Assembly: GCA_963823665.1 (NCBI GenBank)
Contig: CAWGMQ010000010.1
Coordinates: 1,632,001-1,696,000, forward strand
Origin: an uncultured Planctomycetota bacterium
GTDB lineage: Bacteria > Planctomycetota > Planctomycetia > Isosphaerales > Isosphaeraceae
DNA length: 64,000 nucleotides
Reading direction: 5' to 3'
Shown here: one piece after another, positions 55,979 to 64,000 of the stretch
How positions within the stretch are numbered: the stretch's first letter is position 1
How the letters are laid out: every line of letters starts with the position of its first letter
Program-made: the position numbers and the translations under genes
The notes under the pieces: generated by a model
What the model was told of the DNA's origin: nothing
Database searches by the model: none
What the model saw: only the letters and a program-made list of their open reading frames with translations

Positions 55979-56186
55979 TCCTCTTTACGACTTTACCACT
56001 ACCGCCGAGTGGTATATCCTGAACTGACACGAATGACACGGTAATAGCCGCCGAGCCACGTCCAGTAAGGCGTCACGTGCTTCGTGAGGTGGATCGGCCA
56101 GTAGGCGCTTCCGGGCCTAGCAGTCGTTGCGTGTGTCGGGGGAAACCGCAGGCTGGTCTTGCAGGACGAGAAGGGAGCACCGCCGG

Positions 56187-56496
56187 GACCGCGCGGTTCT
56201 GGGATGCCGCCACCGGAAAGCCGATCGGGTCATCGCTCGTGCATCAAGGCCCGGTCCGTGCCGTGGCCTTCGGTCCCGATGGCAGGACGCTTCTCACGGG
56301 GAGCGCCGACGGCACGGCGCGGCTCCGGGATGTGCCAGATCCCGTCGAAGGGGACGTGGAACGAATCGAGTGCTGGATTCAATTCCTGACCGGCCTGGAA
56401 TTCGACGACTACGACGCGATCCGACCGATGGACACCGCCGCCTGGCGTGAGAACCGCCGACGTCTGGATGACCTGGGTGGCCCGCCCAAGCCGTGA
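56187..56496 (+). pseudogene. Orphan C-terminal remnant of a WD40-type STK
   Basis: TARFWDAATGKPIG..HQGPV.AVAF.PDG..LTGS.D.TARL, ending WRENRRRLDDLGGPP. Confidence 0.7.
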
Positions 56497-56582
56497 AGTG
56501 CTGGGACGCCGGGCGACGGGTGTGACGGTCTGCCCGGCCGTCGGGGAGACTGGCGGATCGGTTCCTGGCACCTTATCCGGTT

Positions 56583-57185
56583 TAGAACATGACCTCGCGC
56601 AACACCCCCGAGACGAGGCGGTTCCAGCGCCGGCCCCAGAAGTCGCCGAGCGAGGTCGCGGCAATGGGACAGTCCCAGAGCTTCTCGACCGCGAAGCCCA
56701 TCGCCCGGAAGATCAGCACATAGAAGTCGAACCGCGCGATGAGGCTAAAGAAGGTGATGCCCACCAGGCCGATTCAGAACCGGACCGGAAAGGGGGTCGC
56801 GGCCGGCAGCAGGCGCGGCACGAGCCAGAGGAGGGCCGCGCCAGTGGCCATGTTCAGCAGGAACCCGCGCACCGTCGGAACCGGGGCCCCGGCGCGCGGT
56901 CTGCTGACCCTTGAGGAATTGCGTCGGCTGCATCCCCAACCAGACGCAGTAGGCCAGAAACCTCAAGAGGGTGAACCGAGCCCACGCCTCGGACGGCAGG
57001 CAGAGCAGCGAGGCCGCCTTCCACGAGACGCCGAGGATCAGGAGCTGTCCGATATTGAACGTCCTCGTCCCCAGCCAGGGCCGGCAGCACCAGAAGCCGG
57101 CCAGACCGTCGGTCATCAGGGCCCAGGCCAGGATGTACCGGTACAACGGGGCGGGATGCTGCGTCGATTGCATGGTCGGTCGCAC
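56583..57185 (-). pseudogene. Truncated, frameshifted second copy of the MBOAT gene
   Basis: 56583-57244 aligns with 32721-33381. Confidence 0.88.
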
Positions 57186-57240
57186 TCGTCCTCAGGTGTC
57201 CGTCGTCCCGTTGTAACCGAGCCGGCGGGACGAAGCGAGG

Positions 57241-57390
57241 GGATCTCCGACACCCACCCTTTGCGGAGCGTCGGGCACTCGCCTTATGCGTGCTGGAAAT
57301 GACCGGAGGCCGTGGTTTTGCGCCGAACGTGCGAGCCGCGAATGAAACGATGCGGGGGACCATGACAAAAGGATGGGTGTCTGGAATCCC
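57241..57390. mobile_element. MITE/REPIN-like element, copy 4
   Basis: GGATCTCCGACACCCACCCTTTG ... CAAAAGGATGGGTGTCTGGAATCCC. Confidence 0.78.
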
Positions 57391-57600
57391 CTAGTAATCG
57401 AAGTGTCATGGAGGCTTGCTGTCGCACGCCGGCGTCGACATCGTTGAGTAAAGGGGTCAAGAACGGGGCGAGGTGTGGACCCCGGTTGGAGCATTGACGC
57501 AAAGCCGCCGTCGATGCCGCACGCACTCCTGCATCCGAATGCGTCAATCGCTTGACCAATTCCTCGGTCCCATTCACTGCGAATCTTGCGAATGCGAACG
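57391..57600 (-). pseudogene. HEAT-repeat fragment
   Basis: LTHSDAGVRAASTAAL and LLNDVDAGVRQQAS. Confidence 0.5.
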
Positions 57601-57875
57601 CGCCCTGAAAACGCAAACTGGATCGTGGCCTCACTCGTGGCGGCGCGGACATGTCGGTTGACGCCCGCCGGCGGGTTGGGTGAATGTCGCCAACGAACCC
57701 AGAGGCTCGCGGACTGGAGGGACACCCTGGACGCGGGGGTCGCGTTGGGTGTTTTTTTGCGTTTTTTGGCCGCGGCGCGCAGGACGGAAACTGGGGACGG
57801 AAACTGGGACGGGGACGGAAACTGGGACGCGATTAGTATTGAGGGAAGCGTTCAGTTCTGTGAGCGGATGTTGTC

Positions 57876-58045
57876 ATGCCAAGTACAGCGAGAGTGGCAC
57901 CTGGGGGCTTTGTTTATCACGTCCTGAACCGATCCGTCGGCTTGATGCATATGTTTCGCAAGGAGTCCGACTTTGAGGCGTTCGAGCGTGTGATGGTTGA
58001 GGCTCACCTGCGGCGACCCATTCGTATTCTGTCGTATTGCATGTC
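57876..58045 (+). pseudogene. Truncated REP-associated tyrosine transposase (RAYT, Y1/HUH family)
   Basis: MP..ARVAPGGFVYHVLNR...F....D..AF...IRILSYC; breaks off before the NHxH motif; three GGACGGAAACTGGG copies upstream (57782-57826). Confidence 0.78.
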
Positions 58046-58801
58046 GGAGCAATGCATGGGCAGAGAAATTTCGCTCGAATTGGACGAATCCCACATGTTT
58101 TGCGCAAAAAAATCGGGGCGTTTGTAGATCATCTAGGGTAGAGGCCAAGAGTACCGTCATTTTTTATGTCAAACGGAACTGGATCGCCTTGAGGCATTTT
58201 CACTCGAAAGCTTGCTTGATTGGGCGGCGACAACGGGGGCCGGCGGCTTCCGTGTGCGCTGGGCGGCCCATCAGTAGGAGTAGAAATACGAGTACGAGTA
58301 CAAGTACGAGGACGAGTATGAGCAGGAGAGGGAGTATGCCTTTCGCGTGCCGCCGGGCGCCCCTCGGCCGGCTGCGGCGGCACCTCCCTGACGGGAGATA
58401 TACAGTACTGTACGGATGCTTTGACTCGGCCCAAACGCGCCATTTTGCGCCGATTTTGCGCCACTCTTCGCGGGGGGCGGCGGCTGTTGGGGTCGTTCCG
58501 CATACCGTTGTGATACAAGAGGATCGGAAGTCGGCGACGGGCTTTTTGGCTCGTCGGCTACGCCGTGGCGCGGGTTGCATCAAAGCGCCACATTTGATCG
58601 GGGGTCTTGTTCACTATGCTTGACCGACGTTGCTTCAAAGGAATCTCTGGCTCGATTGCGCGGGACACCGGTCTGATGAAAAGCGGTCTGGAATGGCGAA
58701 ATCCCGTGTCGACGATTCGGCGTTTTCTGTTGCGCGACGGTTCAGTCTCGATCGCTGACACCGGAGTCGGCGCGAGGCTCCACCCCAACGGCACGCAGAA
58801 T

Positions 58802-58864
58802 GTAGGGGTGTGTGAACACGACCGGACGTCAGTGTACATGGATGGTGGGTTGCACCCACCCTAC
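58802..58864. repeat. GTAG-type REP doublet
   Basis: GTAGGGTGGGTGCAACCCACC on the minus strand (58844-58864) facing GTAGGGGTGTGTGAACAC at 58802. Confidence 0.6.
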
Positions 58865-59106
58865 GAAGAAACCGCCAGGCCCGATGAGTCGGCGCGCGGG
58901 AACAACCATGTCTATGGAACATCGTGCGGGCGAGGAAAGGTTCGAGTTTGACCCGTGGCTCGCGGTCAAAAGTGCGCGCGTTCGTTCCCGTAAGCCTTGT
59001 GGCGTAAGGACGCGCGACAAATCTACAAAACGAAATCCTCCCTGGTCGAAGCCCGAAAAATGGACCCACCAGGAGTTGGATTCAGTGCCAATATATAGAA
59101 CCCGGA

Positions 59107-59294
59107 GTTCCGAATATTCCATCGTCACGCCATAACTTTAGTCACCATGGGATTTTACGTCTGAAATCGCCAGTGTTCCGAATATTCCATCGTCACGCCC
59201 TAAATACCGGCCGAACAGTTGTTTACGACGATAAACCCCGGGTTCCGATTATTCCATCGTCACACTTAAGTCCAATCGTGGTAAGGACGTGACG
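59107..59294. repeat. Three-unit interspaced repeat array (CRISPR-like spacing, no cas)
   Basis: GTTCCGA(A/T)TATTCCATCGTCAC...TAA at 59107, 59175 and 59242; periods 68 and 67; unique intervening sequence. Confidence 0.75.
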
Positions 59295-59565
59295 CCAAAC
59301 GGTGGTTTTGAGGTTGGCGAAGTCGTGGTTCCACTCTCCGTGGGGGTGGGCGATCACGTTTTGCACTACAGGAGTTGGCTCCCTGCGTTGTGATGTCAGA
59401 ATTGGAGCGTTGATTGCTGGATCGTCGCGCGTCAGCTTGTCGATCGCTGTGGGAGAGCGACGATTCGCGAAACGGGCGGCCCGCCCGAAAAGGAGTGCTG
59501 GTTTCGACCGGGCTGGCCGATTATCCTGGCTCGAAGCCAAAGGACCTGGAATTCTCCCTTTGCGA

Positions 59566-60747
59566 ATGAGCATCTCCAAACTGACGCTCTACAAGGTTGC
59601 TGTACCGCTAAAACGCGCTGTGCGGCATGCTTCCTTTGCCCGAACCGAGAGCGAAAATCTGGTCGTGCGGGCGACGCTTTCCGACGGCACCACTGGATTT
59701 GGCGAAGGGGTTCCGCGACCGTATGTCACGGGTGAGACCGTCGAGTCGACGTTTAGGGACCTCGCGGCCGGCGACTGGGCGCGCAGCATGGGCCAACCCG
59801 CTAGCTTTGCGGAAGTCGTCGAGCGATTGGAGGTGCTCACCCTGCCGCGCATCGAGTCAGACCCGCGCGGAATGGCGGGCAACGCGGCGCGGTGTGCTCT
59901 CGAGTTGGCCATTCTCGACGCTTACGGCCGGCGGTTCGGCGAGTCACTGGGCCGGGCCGTCGAGCTGTCGCGAGCAACTGGATTGGCGCGGTTCGGCAAG
60001 CCCCGCGGCGTTCGTTACAGCGGAGCGATCACGGCCGAATCCAAGCGCGCCGAGCGGATCTCTGCCTGGAAGATTTGGATTTATGGATTCCGGCAAGTGA
60101 AAATCAAAGTCGGGACGAAGGGCCAGGATGACCCGGCGCGACTGGCTCGGCTCAGGCAGATTCTCGGCCGGCGCATGGATATCCGGCTCGACGCGAATGA
60201 AGCCTGGCCGGCGGCAGAGCTGCTCGACCGCGTGGCGGCGCTCGTGCGATTTGGCCCGACTGCCCTCGAGCAGCCCGTGCCACATTCCGAGGTCGAGTCG
60301 CTGGCAGAGCTTCGGCCCCGGTTGGGCATCCCGGTGATGCTGGATGAGTCGCTCTGCGGGTATCCCGACGCGGTGGCGGCCGTCGAGCGCCGGACTGCCG
60401 ACCTCTTCAACGTTCGGCTCTCGAAGTGCGGCGGGATTCTGCCTTCGCTGCGGATCATCGCGCTGGCGCAGAGCAAGGGATTGGGCGTTCAGCTTGGTTG
60501 TCACCCGGGCGAGACGTCGTTGCTCTCGGCGGCGGGGCGGCATGTTGCCTCGCGAGTTTCTGGCCTGCGCTATGTCGAAGGCTCGTACGATCGGCATATC
60601 CTGAGGTCGAATGTGACCACGCGAGATGTGACTTTTGGATATGGCGGGCGGGCGCGGGCGATTGTCGGGCCCGGACTCGGCGTTCTAGTCGATCCGTCCG
60701 CGCTGGAGTCGATGACGGTTGAGAGCCGAGAGATTTGCTATGAGTGA
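59566..60747 (+). CDS. Enolase-superfamily enzyme (dipeptide epimerase/muconate cycloisomerase-like)
   Basis: KIKVG, RLDANEAW, LEQP and MLDES. Confidence 0.9.
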   Translation: MSISKLTLYKVAVPLKRAVRHASFARTESENLVVRATLSDGTTGFGEGVPRPYVTGETVESTFRDLAAGDWARSMGQPASFAEVVERLEVLTLPRIESDPRGMAGNAARCALELAILDAYGRRFGESLGRAVELSRATGLARFGKPRGVRYSGAITAESKRAERISAWKIWIYGFRQVKIKVGTKGQDDPARLARLRQILGRRMDIRLDANEAWPAAELLDRVAALVRFGPTALEQPVPHSEVESLAELRPRLGIPVMLDESLCGYPDAVAAVERRTADLFNVRLSKCGGILPSLRIIALAQSKGLGVQLGCHPGETSLLSAAGRHVASRVSGLRYVEGSYDRHILRSNVTTRDVTFGYGGRARAIVGPGLGVLVDPSALESMTVESREICYE

Positions 60748-61636
60748 ACGAGGTCCCGAAATTCGTTCGTTCGTGGCGTCCGACGGCTATCCGCTGCACG
60801 TCGCACTTTGGCCTGCGGAGATCCCGCCGCGCGGGCACGTGGTGGTTCTGCATGGGGTGCAGAGTCACGGTGGGTGGTATCACCGGCTGGGGCGGACGCT
60901 TTCGTCGGCGGGGTACGTCGTGTCGTTCCCGGACCGGCGAGGCTCCGGCGCCAATTCACGTGATCGGGGTCACACGCCGTCGGCTCGCCGGCTGATTCGT
61001 GACTTGATGGAGTGGATTCAACAGGTGCGCAGCGAGCAGCCGGGAACTCCTGTCGCCGTGGCCGGGATCAGTTGGGGCGGAAAGCTCGCGGTGATTCTGG
61101 CGGCCTGGCATCCCGCGCTGGTCGATGCCCTCGCACTGATCTGCCCGGGCTTGCATCCACGAGTTGGTGTGACGGCCGGGGAGCGGCTGAAGATTGCCTG
61201 GGCTTTGATGACGAATCGAAAGAAAACGTTCCCGATCCCGTTGTCGGACCCGGCGCTGTTCACGGATAGCCCCGAGGGCCAAGCATTCATCGCGGCCGAC
61301 CCGCTGTCTTTGCACGAGGCGACGGCCGGCTTGCTGGCTGCGAGTGTGTTGATCGACCGGCTGGTCGCGCGAACCCCGTCGCGGATCAAGCAGTCTGCGC
61401 TCTTGATGCAGGCGGGGCGCGATCGGATTATTGATAATGAGCGTACGCTCGCGTTTTTCAAACGGCTGGCGGCGAGCGACACAAGGGTGATTGACTATCC
61501 CGAGGGCCATCATACGCTGGAGTTCGACCCGGATCCCGACCGTTATGCGCGGGATCTCATTGCGTGGCTTGATCGTCATCTTGAGAGGCGGGAAAAACGG
61601 TCAGGAGCAGAAGATCATGGAACCGACCAAACGTGA
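60740..61636 (+). CDS. Alpha/beta hydrolase (lysophospholipase-like)
   Basis: LHGVQSHGGWY, DRRGSG, GISWGG, D-RII and HHTLEF. Confidence 0.92.
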   Translation: MSERGPEIRSFVASDGYPLHVALWPAEIPPRGHVVVLHGVQSHGGWYHRLGRTLSSAGYVVSFPDRRGSGANSRDRGHTPSARRLIRDLMEWIQQVRSEQPGTPVAVAGISWGGKLAVILAAWHPALVDALALICPGLHPRVGVTAGERLKIAWALMTNRKKTFPIPLSDPALFTDSPEGQAFIAADPLSLHEATAGLLAASVLIDRLVARTPSRIKQSALLMQAGRDRIIDNERTLAFFKRLAASDTRVIDYPEGHHTLEFDPDPDRYARDLIAWLDRHLERREKRSGAEDHGTDQT

Positions 61637-61814
61637 GCTGCGGCAATTGAAGCGGGAAGTGAAGCGCGAGGGGAGCCAGCGCCGCCGCCGCCAGTGGAAG
61701 CGGGACCTACGCGAGAACCCGGAAGAGGCGCCGTTCTCAGAAGAGGATTTCGGCCGCTGTTCCACGGCGCCCTTGAACGGGATCGATCAGGACAACACAC
61801 GCAGGCGCTCGTGA
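61617..61814 (+). CDS. Small basic hypothetical protein
   Basis: AGGAG RBS; KRELRQLKREVKREG...KRDLRENPEEA. Confidence 0.65.
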   Translation: MEPTKRELRQLKREVKREGSQRRRRQWKRDLRENPEEAPFSEEDFGRCSTAPLNGIDQDNTRRRS

Positions 61815-61941
61815 CCAGGCCGATCGTGCTCCAGACGATCAAGGGATGCCGGTCGCGACGACGATCAGGAATATGCCCTCCGCCAATTGAAGCTGCCCGA
61901 GTGAACTGCGTTCGGTTCGGTCGTGACTAAGGGGGAAATCC

Positions 61942-63042
61942 GTGTCCGGATCCGATTCCACGAAGTCGATTTCCGCCCCTGCCGTTCCGGGCCGGGACCG
62001 TCTTAGACGCCTCGGCCGTTTGGGTCTGCTGTTGATGGGCATTGCGATATCTGCCTTCGCGATGGCTTTTCTTTACGGCGCGATGGAGCCTAATTTCGAG
62101 GCGACCACGGTCGTGCTCGTGGATCGTAGCCACCCGGCCGACCTGGAAGATCTGGTAACGCGAACCCAAAGCGCGACGCATCGCCCCGGAACGTTCCGTA
62201 TCGAACCTCACCCGGCGGAGTTTTCGCTCCACGTTTGGGCCCGCGACCGCGATCCCGTCAAGGCGGTCGATCTGGCCGGCTCTGCGGCATCGGCTTACAA
62301 GCAAATGCTGGATACGCGCATCGGTTTTTTGGAGCAGCAGATCAACGGGCAGGCTCGCCGGCGCATCGCCTTGCTGGATGAGCTCGACAAGGAATTCGGC
62401 GACTACGTCGATTTGAAAGCCCTCGGCCGAAACCGAATTCTGGCGTGGTTCGAGCTGACGCTCAATGCACTGGAGGAGAGCGAGCATCAAACGGAAGCTT
62501 ATTTCGGGAAGATGGACGCGAATCAATTGAGAGAGTACCAATGGTTCTTTCAGATGACGCCTGACCTTGCGACGAGGGCCAAGATCAAAGCTCGATTCGA
62601 TCAACTCGATTCGCTTCAGAGGGAACTTTTTCTCAAGTTTGTTGCTCAGTGGCCGCTCAAAGAACTCGCTGGGATCAGAGACGCAATGCGCCGAGATTTT
62701 CGCGAGGACGTGTCCCTCGCGGAGGAGGCGTGCGAGGCACGCAAGGAGCTGGGAGCTCTCGCCGCAGTCGACCGTTCGCCCAGCGATGAGGGCAAGGTCA
62801 AGCTGCTTGCTTTGGTCGATTCCATCAGAGGGCGACTCGCGCAGGCTCGTTCGGAGATCAAGCCGGTGCCATCCTTCACAATGACCTTGCAGCCGGCGGT
62901 CATTCACGACCTCAGTCGAGCCCGGCGGATGACATGGGCGGCGGTCGCGGGAGTCGTGGTGTTTCTCGTTTGGATGGGACTCTCCCGCATTCTGATCATG
63001 CTTCAGAATATCCAGCGTGAAGCCGACCGTGTTTGGTCCTGA
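61942..63042 (+). CDS. Two-TM coiled-coil protein (Wzz/GumC-like topology)
   Basis: TM helices at both termini flanking a helical periplasmic region. Confidence 0.55.
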   Translation: MSGSDSTKSISAPAVPGRDRLRRLGRLGLLLMGIAISAFAMAFLYGAMEPNFEATTVVLVDRSHPADLEDLVTRTQSATHRPGTFRIEPHPAEFSLHVWARDRDPVKAVDLAGSAASAYKQMLDTRIGFLEQQINGQARRRIALLDELDKEFGDYVDLKALGRNRILAWFELTLNALEESEHQTEAYFGKMDANQLREYQWFFQMTPDLATRAKIKARFDQLDSLQRELFLKFVAQWPLKELAGIRDAMRRDFREDVSLAEEACEARKELGALAAVDRSPSDEGKVKLLALVDSIRGRLAQARSEIKPVPSFTMTLQPAVIHDLSRARRMTWAAVAGVVVFLVWMGLSRILIMLQNIQREADRVWS

Positions 63043-63085
63043 TCGAATGCGATCGAGTTCCACCTCGCTAACCACCAATCGTCGC

Positions 63086-64000
63086 TCAGCGCCGCGTGTT
63101 GCCCTCGAGGCGCTGCACCAACTTGATTGCCTCCTGGGCCATCTGCGGGTTCGTGCGCTCGCCTTTCTCGGCGGCCTTCTTCAAGTGCGGCACCGCCTTT
63201 TGAGCACGCGCACGGTCGTTTGCAATCATCTTGCCGAAGTGGAAATTGAGCATCGGGTGCTCGGGTGACTTCCTGAGTCCATCCAGATACGATTGCTCGG
63301 CATTCGTCTTCTGCCCGATCGACTCCTGGATCGCTCCGAGGGTGTCGTAGAACTCACAGGGCAACGCCCCGGAGTTCACGCGCTTTTGCAGCGCCACCAC
63401 GATCTCGAGCGCTTCCCGCGACCTGCCCAAATACGAGTGCAGAATCCACGCCTTGTTATTCACTGCCTCGATCGAATTCGGTTGCGCCTTGAGCACCAGG
63501 TCGTATTGCTCGACGGCCTTGGTGAATGCGGCCTTGGCCTCAGGCGTTTCGGGCTGGCTCTCCGCAATCGAGAGCAGCAAGTCGCCCATGTTGATGTGAG
63601 CGGGCACCGTGTTGAGCTTGGTTGCAGCCGTTTCGGCAAACGGCAGCGCCGCCTGAAGCTGCTGGGCTTTGTGTAGACCAACCGCGACTGCCAGGCTCAT
63701 GCTTCCTGAGGAGTCGTCTTTTGTCAGCTCGGCTGCGACACGCATTGCCTCGGCGATCTCGCTGTGGCTGGCCTCGGCACCCTTCTTGGCGCTTCCTGCG
63801 AGGATCTCGATCAAGAGCGAGGCTGCCGGGGCGTCCTTCGGGCTGACCTTCAAAACGTCCTTGAGCACCGAAGCTGCGGCCGTTTTGTCCTTGCGCTTGA
63901 GATGAATCTCGGCGAGCGTGTGGTATGCGTCGGCGAATTCCGGATTGGCGGCCACCACGGTTTTAAGCTGAGCGATCGCGGCTTGCTGCAGCCTGGCGCG
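63086..64000 (-). CDS. TPR protein, C-terminal part (5' end outside the window)
   Basis: EAVNNKAWIL, FYDTLGAI and HPMLNFHFG TPR motifs. Confidence 0.85.
   Translation of the reverse strand, partial: RARLQQAAIAQLKTVVAANPEFADAYHTLAEIHLKRKDKTAAASVLKDVLKVSPKDAPAASLLIEILAGSAKKGAEASHSEIAEAMRVAAELTKDDSSGSMSLAVAVGLHKAQQLQAALPFAETAATKLNTVPAHINMGDLLLSIAESQPETPEAKAAFTKAVEQYDLVLKAQPNSIEAVNNKAWILHSYLGRSREALEIVVALQKRVNSGALPCEFYDTLGAIQESIGQKTNAEQSYLDGLRKSPEHPMLNFHFGKMIANDRARAQKAVPHLKKAAEKGERTNPQMAQEAIKLVQRLEGNTRR

Noticed and set aside
59107..59294. Canonical CRISPR call
   Set aside because: Only three degenerate repeats, a second constant motif inside the spacers and no cas or leader; kept as an unclassified array.
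49513..64000. Complete DGR cassette
   Set aside because: No reverse transcriptase, avd or adenine-rich template copy of the variable region was seen in the window.

Overview
GC-rich bacterial DNA, most likely a planctomycete (Isosphaeraceae-like). This is inferred from the 'LExLExRxLL' N-terminal motifs, the ECF-sigma/Ser-Thr-kinase (STK) pairs and the WD40/TPR/LRR proteins. Many long genes carry single-base frameshifts, which could be sequencing indels or true decay. The left half holds ECF-STK, ECF-WD40, an Ig-repeat surface protein, DinB, HPr, toxin-antitoxin remnants, a di-heme protein, two ABC systems and a secreted cyclophilin. The centre (about 33.4-56.6 kb) is bracketed by diverged direct repeats of an MBOAT gene and holds the best candidate system: two paralogous 'secreted gene <- shared motif | ECF sigma -> STK' modules. 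One module has an intact sigma and a STK-nSTAND-TPR-C-lectin (FGE) kinase with a DGR-like variable tail; the other has a 37-aa in-frame-deleted mini-sigma and a CBM-like sensor kinase. A 32-bp motif occurs four times, each upstream of a predicted secreted product: a large Ig-type protein, an unrecognised repeat protein, a double-glycine leader peptide and a calpain-like protease. The window is also rich in REP/MITE-like repeats, including one inserted in frame inside a CDS, a truncated RAYT and a three-unit dual-repeat mini-array. I saw no rRNA, tRNA, cas or reverse-transcriptase genes.
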